Shown here piece by piece: positions 1 to 12,182 of a stretch of DNA of 64,000 nt. The DNA is taken from NCBI GenBank assembly GCA_973895155.1, contig OZ316898.1, positions 5,567,079 to 5,631,078 of the forward strand, in the 5' to 3' direction. Under the pieces are notes generated by a model. It was given only the letters and a program-made list of their open reading frames with translations, was not told the origin of the DNA and searched no databases. Origin of the DNA: Marsupella aquatica. Lineage: Eukaryota; Plantae; Marchantiophyta. The position numbers and the translations under genes are program-made. Position 1 is the stretch's first letter. Each line of letters opens with the position of its first letter.

Positions 1-179
1 GATATATTTGGGGAAACATTATACCGTGGATAAGCATTCCTGGGAAACTCAATTATTGTTGCCTGTTGGGTCCACCCTTCAATATTGCTCTTCCCATCAC
101 ACAATGGTGAAGACATGAGTGTTTCAGACTAACCTACCGTTTCTGAATCCAAAGATATGCAGAGTGTTCTCACCATGTG

Positions 180-300
180 GGGGTATCACTACATGGAAAC
201 GTCCCCATCACCTGGAACTTTTTTAGGCCCTGGACCCCCTAAAATATAAGAAAAGATTCATTTAAAAACCCTTATAAAGTTTAAATATTTTTGGAATATT
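180..300 (+). repeat. Dispersed copy of the same MITE terminus family (GGGGT.TCACTA.ATGGA...)
   Basis: Aligns with 41759-41870 and with the reverse complements of 32300-32400 and 34090-34128. Confidence 0.6.
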
Positions 301-1471
301 CCAAAAGTATGATTAAAAACACCCAAATGTTCTTAAAAGTCTCATCCAATTTAGTCATCCGGATTTAAGCTTCCAAGCTAACTAGTTTAGAATGCAGAAA
401 GGAATACAGGAAAAGGAACTAGGAATGACACTCCCACAGACAGTGGGATAATTGTGCTGGGTTCATAGTTCAGGAGTGGATTCATAGATGAGTTAATTGA
501 AAGAAAAGTAATGAAGGGCAGCATGGAAACAATTAGAAATCCAAGCTGATCCAAATGATTAATTTTAATGATCATGGAGGTACAAGGGATTTGGAATTAG
601 GGGAAGGAGTATCAGCATGAGTATGGAGATAGTTTCATCTTGTAGGTTAGCCTATGCAAATGGGTTTCATCTTCTAGGTTGTTTTTTGACCCAAATGCTC
701 TGTTCATGTGATCACAATTAACACAGATGATCATGTAGAACTCAGGCACACAAGTCTTACAAAGCACTTCCCCGGCGGGCCTTGACAAAGGAGGCAAAAT
801 ATGCCGCTCAAGCTTCATCTGATACCTTTCTCACCCTCGTTATTGAGATCTTTGGGCGTCTTCATCATTAGTTTGATGGGCTTCTTCGGCAACCTGCTCG
901 TGATTTTCACGGATGGAGATGTGGGTTCCTCCGGACCGCCACTATCTATCTTGACCACACACTTTTGTCAGTGCATTTCAGTGGCCTTACATCGTGCCCA
1001 GGCTCGAGCCATTCATCATCAATCCCTCACAGTGGGCGCCAGTGTGCCCCCTAGACACTAGCCCCCCTAGAGTACATTCCTATCACACTTGCTGATTTAG
1101 TTATGACGTTGGATGTGACCCATTAGCTCTTGTCACATATTCCAATGTAGACATTAATCATTGAATTTGCACTCATGTAGTGTTTGACACTTTTATCTTT
1201 CTAGTTGTCATTTTTTAAGTTTACACTTTCTTTTATTTTTTCTGGTTAGATGTTGTCCTCTTTGGAGCTCTTTTTCTTTCCTTTCATTGTACTTTGTTGT
1301 TCCCTGATTTATTCTGATGCGCCTTTTAAACTTCAAGGGACTTGTCACTTTGAATGGATCACTAAATTATGAACCAGACAAGAGATCTGGGTACACAACT
1401 AATTTAAATTTAAATCTCATGCAGCTAGGTACAGTAGAGGAATGGGCCGGTTGTAACAAATAAAATTTCCA

Positions 1472-1734
1472 GGAAGAGAGTATACCTCAATAACAGTTGA
1501 CTGTGTTTTAATTTAACCTCATGCGGAAGTGAGTGTACCTTAATAACAGTTAGCTATGTTCTAAATTAAATCTCTGGTGGAAGTGAGTATACCTTAATAA
1601 TATTTAACTGTGTTTTAAATTAAAATCTCAGGCGGAAGTGAGTATACCTTAATAATAGTTAACTATGTTTTAACCTAACATCTCAGGCTGACGTGAGGGA
1701 TACCTCAGGAACATTTAATTGTGTTTTAAATTAA
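1472..1734 (+). repeat. About 54-bp minisatellite, about 5 degenerate units; orphan unit at about 2340-2405
   Basis: Unit ggaagtgagtataccttaataacagttaactgtgttttaaattaaatctca.gc starts near 1472, 1525, 1579, 1634 and 1689. Confidence 0.88.
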
Positions 1735-2117
1735 GCATTTTTATTAGTAACCTGTCCCCCCAACTACTCAATATTACTAGCATGCCCCGCAAACACCCAA
1801 ACAAAATTAATTGTCAACCTTTCCCCCATTTTATATTAGAGTTAGTATGAATTAGTATACAGGTTCTTGTTGTCATGTGGCAACTCACTATAATTAGCTA
1901 GCCTTAACCACCTCCTTTGACCCCCCCTCTCCCCTTCCCCATGGCAGGGCACAGTTGCAGGTTCGGAGGGGAAAAAATGAGTTACTGTTTGCTCGATCCA
2001 CACCCCCTCACAATAACCGGACACTTCCTGCTCTCATTTTTACTCAGGAACACAAAGTGGGGAAGAGGGAGGGGGGCTAAGGGGGTGGCAGCGGGTTAAA
2101 ACTAGCCAATAGTATTG

Positions 2118-2265
2118 CCACATGGCAACAAGAACCTGAATACAAGTTCATACTAACCCAAATACCAAATGAGAGACACTCACATGACAACAAGAACCTG
2201 AATACAAGTTCACATGGCAACAAGAACCTGCATACAAGTTGATATTGACCCAAATACCAAATGTG
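2118..2265 (+). repeat. 30-bp unit cacatggcaacaagaacctgaatacaagtt x3, interleaved with acccaaataccaaatg x2
   Basis: Direct reading. Confidence 0.8.
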
Positions 2266-3871
2266 ACACAGGTAGATAATTGATTTTGTTCGTGGCACAG
2301 GACACCTTCTTGTGGACCCCTACTTGTGGAGGAAACTGTTAAATTAAAATCTGAGGCGGAAGTGAGTATAATCCTACTAACAGTTAAACTATGTTTTAAA
2401 TCAAGAACTCATGCGAGTCGAGAGGGAGTCGAGAGGGAGTCAACAATGTCCGAGAAAGAGCTCCTGGCTCCTGCCCTTGTGGGCCAGGTCGGAGGCAGTC
2501 AACGAAAGAGCATCCGGGAAGATGGGAATTGAGGAGGGCGGAGAGGGAGTCAACAACACACGAGAGAAAGGGAGTACTACAGTGCTTGTAAAGTCCATAC
2601 AAATGAATGTCTAGGAGAATCAGATTTCCAACTTTGAACAGTCTATTCAATCAATTATCAATACATGGAAGGGCTTGAGTAGCTTCCTCCCTCCTCTCTC
2701 TCGCTCTCTCCCCTTTTCTTTCTTTTCTCTTCGACGCGGCATTGCAGAACGACCGATTGATTGTTTCCAGTCGGAGACGCTTCATCATTTGCGGCGTGGA
2801 AGCTGCGCTTCTGCTCGTCGACGAATTCTCCACTGGTTCAACTCCTTGCTTTTAGGCAGATGCGCTTCGCCATTGCGGCCAGGAAGCTGTACTTCTGCTG
2901 GTCGCCGAATTCTCCACTGGTTCAATTCTCCTCGTTTCTGTGTCTTCCCGGTTCGAATCGTCTCGTCTCGACTCATCTCGCCACGCTGGCCTCGCCTGGA
3001 TGTCCATGTGTCTTGACGCAGCGCGTAACAACGCCGAGCTTTGAAGACTGGAACGCATATCCGCCAGTTTGTCTAGTTCGCTGCACGCGCACGGGCGCTA
3101 CGTAACAAACAGTACAGCACGTTGTGTGTTCGGACGACTTGATCTGCAGTTGGGAAGCAGCGGTAGCTTACCGCACGCCCTGAGTTGGGAGGGTCAGCGG
3201 TGGCCAAAGTGCGTGGATGCTTCGTTGTGTACGTTTACAAGCAGCACCCAGTTGGTCAATTGAACACTCTCCCTTGTTATGTGCACGATCGTGTATTGCT
3301 TCAATTGAATGAATTCTCTTCGACGTTGTTAGTCTTCGGAAGGACACCGAGGGAGAAGGAAGTAGTGACCGACCATCTCTCATGAGCGTGATCTGAAGCT
3401 GTCGACATTCAGCTCGCTTTGACTTCGGGGTTGTTCGAGCGAGGTGCAATACTTAGAACCGGGTAGATATACAGCGACTAGTACGTGCTGATTTCATCAA
3501 AGAATAGTGAGAGCGATTGCTGTCCCGAGACATATACTCGGCATCGACTAACAATACTCGTGAGACTTCAAAATGAGAATCAGTATAGTTCGTTCCATGA
3601 TCAGACTTGAATGTCGAATGACAACAGTACTGTAGTCTTAGCTGTGATTTCTGGGTGTATGCCTGCAGATATAACAAAATCGATGGCTGACTACGTGCTT
3701 CGGCAAAGATAAGTTACAGATAGTTGCTTCCCTCCAAGCTTTCGGTTTAGTGTGCTCTAAATAGCGTGGATGTGATTCGAAGGATTCATTTCAGGGAGCG
3801 GAACATTGTCGAGGAGACTGAGGGACAAAGAGTAACACAGGACAGAGGGGAGCTTGGCATCAGCAGCAGCG

Positions 3872-4591
3872 ATGGGGAACTCTCACCCATTGCGATGTGC
3901 GAGCGGAGGAGGAAAAGTCAGAAAGGTACGGGTGCTGCTTCCCGATGGATGCATCGTACTCCTGGATGGACCGGTGGAGGCGGCGGAGTTTATGATCGAG
4001 CACATTAATCACATAGTCATCCACTGCTCCGCCGTGGGATCGAAGGCGATTGGGGAGCGTACCACTATGACGATACTGCAACCCCATGAAATGCTGCACC
4101 CAGGGCAAGCCTATGTCGTTCATCCCATCCCTTCTCCATCATCTAACAAGAAAACCAAGCTCAGACCGCAGCCAATCTCAGTGCTCAATCTGAATAGTGA
4201 CGAATCTGCTGCCCAGCTAGCCAGTCAGCAGTATGAGGAGAACGGTGAGCAGAATCAGGAGAAAGCAACACCTCTCATGCAAGGCAAACCGCGATTCTTG
4301 CAGAGATATCAAAGCAAAGTGGCGGATTCATCACAGTCGGAGAACGCACCTCAATCCAAAGCAGCTGGCGGTGCTCTAAGACGTCTATTTGTTGAAGAGG
4401 CGAGGGAACTGCCGAAGGACCTGGAGGATGACGCAATGGACGAATCCGAAGACGATGGTGACTCGGTGCTGCTTAATCTTAATATGTACATGGGATGGAG
4501 ACCAGCCTTGGAGAGCATCCCTGAATCACCACTTGGGTATCATCATCCCAACCTGGAGATGGTGCAACAGCCCCCGTTGCTTTGTGTATAG
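3872..4591 (+). CDS. PADRE/DUF4228 domain protein (intronless, 239 aa)
   Basis: The first ATG of ORF 3854..4591 gives MGNSHPLRC... Family-typical motifs follow: 'KVRVLLPDG..V..L..PVEAAEFM', 'LQPHEMLHPGQAYVVHP', a disordered middle and C-terminal 'WRPALESIPE'. The MG start is compatible with N-myristoylation. Confidence 0.85.
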   Translation: MGNSHPLRCASGGGKVRKVRVLLPDGCIVLLDGPVEAAEFMIEHINHIVIHCSAVGSKAIGERTTMTILQPHEMLHPGQAYVVHPIPSPSSNKKTKLRPQPISVLNLNSDESAAQLASQQYEENGEQNQEKATPLMQGKPRFLQRYQSKVADSSQSENAPQSKAAGGALRRLFVEEARELPKDLEDDAMDESEDDGDSVLLNLNMYMGWRPALESIPESPLGYHHPNLEMVQQPPLLCV

Positions 4592-5409
4592 TGAGCCCAG
4601 GGAGATGCCGCCAGGCCTCGAGAATTTGCAACAGTTATAAATTTTGTAATTCAAGTGTTGGGAGGATGATCTAGAACTGTACCCACCTTTCAACGTTTTG
4701 GGTTTAGTGGGAAGTTGAACATCGCTCACCTTTGCGCAATCAAATCCTACCTTCGATCGATCCGTCGATTCGTAAAACTCGATCGATCCCAGCAGTCAGG
4801 AGACGGTATTCAGCCTTATTATGCACATCACAGCAGCAGGCAACCATCTGCGCTCGAGTGTTCCAACAACGTTCTTTGGAAGAGTTCACATTGCAGGTGC
4901 GCACGAGTGACCATGAAGTCTCAGTGATGATGCATGCGTGCATCTCAAACTTTAATCAGAGCCAGGTAGAGAAGCTGCTTACAGTAGATAGATAAGCGCA
5001 CGTTCAAAGCGCAAGAATCTGCCAAAAGTTGCCGGACTGCAGAATTGTGAGTGCGCACGGTAGCCCATATACAAAATGTAAAATATACACTGAGTACTGT
5101 AGCGTTCTTCTTGGTACCATCCCAGGTGCAAGGTTGCCAGGGCTCTCTTATACGCAGGATGCATGACAGACGATGTACAATGATAGAAAGTAGGAGTGTG
5201 GACCAGGTTTTCGGTGGAGATACTGTTCTCTCAAAGACAAAAGCAGTCGGTGCCATGTCAGGTGTTTTGTTTTTAAGCTTTTCTTCTTTTTCCTTTCGTT
5301 TGTTGGCCTTGACAAGAAGTGTAGAAGATCGCAAATTCACTAAGCACCTTAAGCTTTCTTTCAGAAGGTAATATGTACATGTATGTTGTGCAATATGATC
5401 GTCACCCAC

Positions 5410-7079
5410 TCACTCGTACATGCATAATCTTTGAAGGGCTCTTACATAAGCTTCAAACTTACCACAAGCAAAAGTGATCGAGTGAATACAAAACTGATGA
5501 ATTCTCAATGCAACAGTCCTCCTAGCTACTGCAGGAGGGAATTGGATGCCCCAATTCAAAACCACATACATTTTTTGGGAGCCCCCTAGACTGCGACCGG
5601 TTAGAAGAAAACGTTTCTTAACCTTAAAAAGACTCACTTAATGGAGTGTTTCGAAAGCGTATGGGGAATTCAGAGGACCGTATCTCGTTCCCTTGACAAC
5701 CACGCGTCAACCGAATGATCAAAATATAAGGGGGAAAGCTTTTGTTACGACAGATTTGTCCTGAAGAATGCACGTCAACAGAGAGAGCAAAAGCGAGGCC
5801 GAGAATTCTGATCACGCTTACCTTGACATCGTAGGTAAATGTGATGTAGAGCCAAGTGGTTAAAGAGAAATTTTGACTCCAATATTTCGGAGACAGCAGC
5901 ACTGACTTTCTTGTTGTTCAGCCATTTATGCCACCAATTGAAACCAGCTCTCCAGTAGGCTGCAGGGTCCTCAGTCCCTTCAAATGACATCGGGATACCT
6001 TCTAAATTGCAGATATGGGTTATCTCGGGATCCGGAATCAGGATTGGGGTTACAAGATCTTCGATTCTTCGGGATATCTTGTACACCCTAAACGCGAATC
6101 ACCGAATTTAGATTACGTCAATAGAAGATCATGTAACCCTTCGGAGAATATTAATTCATACCCACCTTCCAACCTCACTTCCAACCATCACGGAACATGT
6201 GGAGATCCGCCATTATATCAAATGAGATGGCCAACGAGACTGGCAGAAATGCACACATCCATCTCATCCTTATCGGATGAGGAAGACGCGATATGAAGAA
6301 GACGAGGTGCATGTGTACATCTCTGGTGGTCTACTTCAAAGTCAACTTGATGTGCACTATGGTTCATTCAAGAAATTATGGTAACCAACATTTGTGCGAG
6401 AACTTTATAGGAACAGTCGAATGACATCTCGCAAACATTTAAGTACCTTTGAATGAAAGGAAGAGCTCGTGTTTCTCGTTATATGAGAGCATTGAAAGTA
6501 AGGTAAATTAAAGTAAATTCTTGCAATACTGCAAACCTTAGCTTTCGTTTCCCATCACGACCATAACGAATTCAAAGCGAGCTCGAAATCAATCAGAGTG
6601 GGCCCAAATTGGCTCAAGCCAATGTTACATCGCAACATATACAGCCTATCCATCTGTGGCCTCCAAATAGGCTAGCAACAAGCTACGTCCTGAAAAAACA
6701 AATGCACACTTCGCAACAAATGACGAGATGCAAGGAAACTGTAGCCAGCTTCAACTGTTTACAATTTTATCGAGTTGCTTCGGGCTTGATGGGACAACCA
6801 AAGCACCAAATCTTTTGTAAATCAACTAGGAGAGTGGTCAGTTCATATATGTTTTCCTGTAGCTAGCCGGAAATTTTAATTATAGGGGAATTCTTCACTG
6901 ATTTCACTGTCAGCCACATACCGCACTTCAGCACCTGCAATCCTGACTGAAGATACTTCGGGCCGGGACTTCGGGTAGAGATTCAATGCCAATGCCACTC
7001 CTGGATAATCATCAGGCTCTGTTGTGAGACCCGTCTCGTTAATGTACTCGGAAGCGCAGTCGTTAATGTACTCGCCCAT
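5410..7079 (-). pseudogene. Decayed multi-exon gene of unknown family with very short introns
   Basis: ATG at 7079 with a TATA-like element near 7200. Putative introns 6921-6857, 6762-6690, 6161-6088, 5821-5761 and 5637-5586/5591. The spliced frame is open over 6087-5463, but upstream exons carry stops and frameshifts. Confidence 0.5.
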
Positions 7080-8462
7080 CACTTCTCTGCAGAGGTATTG
7101 ACGTAGAAAAGCTCAAACGAGAATGAGGAAGGGTTTGATAGTTTGAGAATGATGAAGGGGTTTGATAGTTTCACTATCAGTGAAGACCAAAAAAGCCATT
7201 TATATTTATCACCCAAGCGCCAGAGCATTCAAACCACGACAAATGAGCCCGAGCTTTTCTCTCGAGATGAAGCAATCTTCCTTACTTGTTAGCTGGTGGT
7301 GTCGTGGGCTGTGCCGTCTTGGTGGGAGCTGGTCAGGGCCACACTATATGCCTGAATGCATCACGCCACTCGCGAATCTCGAGTGTCGTTTGTCTGCCAT
7401 CCCCTTCATTGTTGCCGGTTTCATAGCATCTGTCTATCGAAACAATTTAACATGCAATCTTGCCCTTTCTTCTTTCTTTCCTTCCCATGGTCTGTTTATA
7501 AATGTTTATGAAATGTCATTGTGGTTCGAAGACTCACTGGCCAATTTGATTATGGTGACATTTTTTCTTAACTATGAGATGGACCTAAAAGTGTCATTAT
7601 GCCCCTTTTCCGGCCCAACCTGTTAATCTCCCCAGAACTTGCACTCTCCTTGAAAACTTGCACTCTCCTTGAAATCCAGTTGCCAGACTGACTTGAATAC
7701 TCCTTGGAGTGACCCACTGCTTGGCCATCTCTCTTGTGCTCAATATACTGTCTTCAGCTCAACATCATTTACTATGGACAATATTGTGCAACACGTAAAC
7801 ATTAGGCTAGTATATCATATTTTCCTTTGGAGAAAATTAAAGAATCCTTCTAGTGCTTCCATTGTTCTCACTAATGCCAAAGATTAATCACCTGATGTTC
7901 ACACTACCCTGCTTGTGACTGTCCCTGTCTAAGTGCACTATCCATAAACTACAACACCTGGATACAAGGTGAGGGGTAAGTTTTTTGCAGTTTACATAAG
8001 TGCACAAATAATCTCACTATACAACAAATTTAGAGCTGCAGTACTTCTGCAAGCGTCTCTCCACACTAATCCTTAAGAGCACAGTCAAATAAACTTATAT
8101 TTAGGAATACGAGGGGTTTAGGGGTGAAGTTCCCAATGTGACCACATGTCTTATGTGTAGATTCCTGCACCTAGGACCCAGCAATGCACATCATTCTTGA
8201 CACTGACCAAGTACTATGTAGCTTACTAAATACCCCAGATGATATGTCCTTGGTCTAGTCCATGACTGTCCCTTCTCTAGAATTTGATCACAAGTGATAG
8301 TGGCATGTTCTCACATTTTGAATCCTTCAACAATGATTGGTTAGTAGAGGGATCCCAGGTCCAGGTCAAGGGGCTACAATGGTCATATGCCATGACTGGA
8401 AGTCACTCTAGAGGTTAGTGAATGAAAATTTAAAAAACTGTTATACAACCCTGCAAATGTTT

Positions 8463-9742
8463 TTTGGCCAAAAGCCATCACCTGCAACAATGAAGCTATG
8501 GCCAAAAGCCATCACCCGCAACAATGAAGCTTAGAGACTCACTAATGACCATTTCCCTCAACTGGCCCTGCCATGGAAGTCCTCTTTGAACTTGGGGATC
8601 CAGCCAGTGGGTTTTTTTTGCCTCCAAAGGCCATGAAGATTTTTTCTAGAAAGAAGCTTAAAAGATTGTCACAAAGCTGTCAACCAGAGAGGGACTGTGG
8701 AAGGGCATCACCCACAACAATGACGTTATGGCCAAAAGCCATCATCCGCAACAATGAAGCTTTGAGACACACTAATGACCTTTTCCCTCAACTGCCTCCC
8801 CCCATGGAAATCCACATTGAACTAGGGGATCCAACCAGAGGGCTTTTTATTTTGCCTCCCAGACCCATGAAGTTTTTTTCTAGAGGGAACCTCAAAACAG
8901 GCCACAAAGCTGCTATCACCCTCACAATGAAACACCCTCACAATGAAGCTTTGTGATGCACTAAAGCTTTGAGAGGCACTAATGACCCTTTCCCTCAACT
9001 GGCCTGGCCATGGAAGTCCTTTTTTCTGGAGACAGGCTTAAAACAGGGTCACAAAGGCTTCGGGAGGCACTAATGACCCTTTCCCTCAACTGGCCCTGCC
9101 ATGGAAGTCCTTTTTGAACCAAGGGATCCAACCAGAGAGTTTTTGGCCTCCCAAGGCCATGCAGTCTCTTTTTCCTAGAGACAAGCTTAAAACAGAGTCA
9201 CAAAGCGGCCAACCAGGGAGGAACCAAGGGATCCAACCAGAGAGTTTTTGGCCTCCCAAGGCCATGCAGTCTCTTTTTCCTAGAGACAAGCTTAAAACAG
9301 AGTCACAAAGCGGCCAACCAGGGAGGGACCTTGGAGATAATGATATTACTGAACAAAAGAGCCCTACTGCTGTGCACAGTGCAATGAGGGCCAGTCCATA
9401 GGGAGTTGGGTCAGGGCATTTATGGGGCAGTGGGAAGCACAAATGTACCCGGGTGCATATTTCCTCTATCAATGGTCAGGAAAAATAGTCAATTGAATCC
9501 AACGACTGTGAATCTTTCACACCTATTTTCTATTGGATCCCATATTATAGTTGTAAATTGTAAATGACCCTTTCCTTCAACTGGCCCTGCCATGGAAGTC
9601 CTTTTTGAACCAGGGGATCCAACGAGAGCGTTTTTGGCCTCCCAAGGCCATGAAGTCTTTTATTTTCCTAGAGACAAGCTTAAAACAGGGTCACAAAGCA
9701 GCCAACCAGGGAGGGACCTTGGAGATAATGATATTACTGAAC
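8463..9742 (+). repeat. Degenerate ~230-bp repeat array (about 5 units) with an internal exact 105-bp duplication
   Basis: Anchor 'aatgacc.tttccctcaactggccctgccatggaagtcct..ttgaa...ggggatcca' near 8541, 8771, 8978, 9069 and 9563. 9117-9221 is repeated at 9222-9326. Confidence 0.88.
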
Positions 9743-10130
9743 CTGGCACCTCACCTCAACCTCTCACTGCCAGGCTTATCCCCATCCCCCCACCAGATTC
9801 TCTCGTTGTTTGTGCACTGCTGCAGAAACGTCACCTCTCGTCGTGAGCTCTCTCCCTCTCTCACTCGGTCTTCGGGCGCGCTCGTTTGATTCGCCAGCGT
9901 CAACTCTCGGTGTGTGCTCTCTCCCTCTCTCGCCCAGTCTTTGCGCTTCGTTTGATTCGTCTTTTCGTTTTGCAATGCACCACAATGGCGCTGCAATCTG
10001 AGATCTGTCAATTATCACTCCGGGTCTCGTCGTTCAAGTCGCTCGCTACTCAACGAGGTCGAAGCATTGTGTGAAGCGAGCTCTCGCCAAGAAAGAAACT
10101 TTAGCCTGATCGATCTACTCACACTCTGCA

Positions 10131-10139
10131 TTAGGGTTT
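10131..10139 (-). promoter_or_regulatory. Telo-box (AAACCCTAA) upstream of RPL12
   Basis: TTAGGGTTT about 370 bp upstream of the ATG. Telo-boxes are typical of translation-apparatus genes, but this is a short motif. Confidence 0.4.
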
Positions 10140-10197
10140 GAGCATTTTGTCGATACTCATCATACAAATCGTAGCTGTGTAAACGCTGTGACTGTCT

Positions 10198-10340
10198 GTG
10201 CGATCTTTGAATTTGACTTACTAAGATTTCGGCAATGGTGGCTCGTGTAATCTTTGAATTAGCGAAGTAAAATTTCGGCAATGGTGGCCGTGTGATCTTT
10301 GAATTTGACGTACTAAAATCTCTGCAATGGTGGCTCGTGC
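10198..10340 (+). repeat. About 45-bp tandem repeat x3 upstream of RPL12
   Basis: Unit gtg.gatctttgaatt...taa.atttcggcaatggtggc(t)c. Confidence 0.8.
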
Positions 10341-10505
10341 AGTTCACTTGAATGTCTCTGCGGCAATCGGGACTCCCTGCTTTCACGGTGTGACAAGGAA
10401 CTGAAAAAATTAAGAATCTTCCCGTGTCTCTTGTGATTTCTCCCAGGACGGACAAAACTTCGGTTAGGGAGTTATTTGAGGTTTTAGGTTGAGAAAGTTG
10501 CAGCC

Positions 10506-11096
10506 ATGGCCGCCGCACTAGTAGCATCGACATCAGCTGTGTGGACTCCCATAGCTGCCGCTTGTGGGTCGACGAATGCATCGAAGGCCGTCGTTGGGCA
10601 GAAGGTGCATTTCGGGGTTCCTCTGAGAGCGCGACAATGCTCGAGACTCTGCGTGTCGAGGCGGTCGTCTATGGCGATTAGAGCTGTGGCGACAGAAGCG
10701 CCGCTGGAGGAGAAAATCGAGTCTCTCACAAAGACGATCTCGAGCTTGACGTTGGCGGAGGCGAGGTTGCTCACCGACAAGCTGCAAGAGGTGCTGGGAG
10801 TCTCGGCCGCGAGCTTCGCGCCCGCAGCAGGGGGAGCCACTGCTGGAGCTCCCGCAGAGGCCGCCGCCGTGGTGGAGGAGCAAACGGAGTTCGACGTTAT
10901 TCTTACCGAGGTGCCGACGTCTGCCCGAATTGCTGTCATTAAGGCTGTGAGGGCGATCACAAGCCTGGGATTGAAGGAGGCCAAAGACTTGATCGAGGGG
11001 CTCCCCAAGAAGGTGAAGGAGGGAACAGGCAAGGAGGACGCGGAGGAGGCCAAGAAGCAGTTAGAGGCAGCAGGAGCTGTAGTTAACATTAAGTGA
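10506..11096 (+). CDS. RPL12: Plastid 50S ribosomal protein L12 (bL12c) precursor
   Basis: Ser/Ala/Arg-rich transit peptide, '[24 protein letters not shown]', Ala hinge, and C-terminal domain '[10 protein letters not shown]...[49 protein letters not shown]'. Confidence 0.96.
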   Translation: MAAALVASTSAVWTPIAAACGSTNASKAVVGQKVHFGVPLRARQCSRLCVSRRSSMAIRAVATEAPLEEKIESLTKTISSLTLAEARLLTDKLQEVLGVSAASFAPAAGGATAGAPAEAAAVVEEQTEFDVILTEVPTSARIAVIKAVRAITSLGLKEAKDLIEGLPKKVKEGTGKEDAEEAKKQLEAAGAVVNIK

Positions 11097-12088
11097 AAAG
11101 GCAGCAGCGGATGAGCTATTTTTATTTTTGGGTATTGATACCCTCACGTTAATCTACACTGGTTTCGCATTTGAATTTATTGCTAGGGTTCTGAAGGATT
11201 GTGTCCGCGGTTTCAGTTCTCTTCTGTCATGCCGTGCATTGTCACAGGTCTTGCGAGAATTTCTATGCACTCTGTTTCTTAATAGTAGCTCAAGTAGGGT
11301 TCTGTGGTTCTGCTCTGGACGTGCATTTGGTTGGTACCACCTTTGCTTGAGTACTTTCAAAGCTCCATTGAACAAATGAGCAAAGTACAGAAGCTTCGGC
11401 AACAAACAAACGGCCGTGGAGTCTAGTTGCGATCAATGGAGTAACGATTCGTCAACCTTTGGCCAATTGATGGCAACGAAAGCTAATCATCCTCGGATAA
11501 AGTTTGTGGTTTCCTCCTGGTGCGGCCCGGACCAGGGGTGGCTCTCAATTAATTTTCATCTTTCTAATCTCGTTGTTATGGCCTTGTTATTGCACGCCTT
11601 CAGTTGTTACTCACCAGGTAACGGGAAATGGGACGAGCACTGAGAGAATAATGTCTTTTAGGATTCCATGGGAGACTCACTTAAGATTGAACTTAGTGAA
11701 ACAAGTAACTGCATAGGCATACTTGAAAATTCACCTGGGTACGAACAAATGACTTTCTTTTCAGGAAAAATGTACATTTCTTGAGCCCGTTAACAATCGA
11801 GAAAATCGAGTCGTCGAGTTGGAGGAGCTTGCTTCACACAATCAATCAATTCCTCCACGAGATGGCCTTCCTTTCTCAAGGTTCTCTTAAATCTAACTCT
11901 TATTCAATTCCATGACCTTATTAATGAGTTATCACACTCGCAGCAGTGGTACACTCCACCCCTAAGAAAAACGGCAAGCAATAATTACATCCCTGATTGC
12001 GAACCAGCTACCACGAGGAAAGAGGTCAAGTAGAGACGAGGTACGAATGATTCGAAATGCCGTGGTACAGAGAACTAAAATCAGATTC

Positions 12089-12182
12089 AGCTTTCTCATG
12101 ATGATGCTCCAGCTGCCAAGAGGAAAGCTTTCTCATGATGATGCTCCAGCTGCCAAGAGGAAAGCTTTCTCATGATGATGCT
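12089..12182 (+). repeat. Perfect 37-bp tandem repeat x2.5
   Basis: agctttctcatgatgatgctccagctgccaagaggaa at 12089, 12126 and 12163 (partial). Confidence 0.92.

Noticed and set aside
1472-1734. CRISPR-like array
   Set aside because: Units are contiguous degenerate repeats without unique spacers, the context is eukaryotic, and there are no cas genes.
8573-9889. Repeat-protein gene from ORFs in the ~230-bp array
   Set aside because: Homologous units are open in different frames because of homopolymer indels, so there is no coding constraint.
10484-11089. 201-aa antisense ORF over RPL12, and antisense ORFs over PAL (59870-60481)
   Set aside because: Shadow ORFs caused by codon bias of the sense genes.
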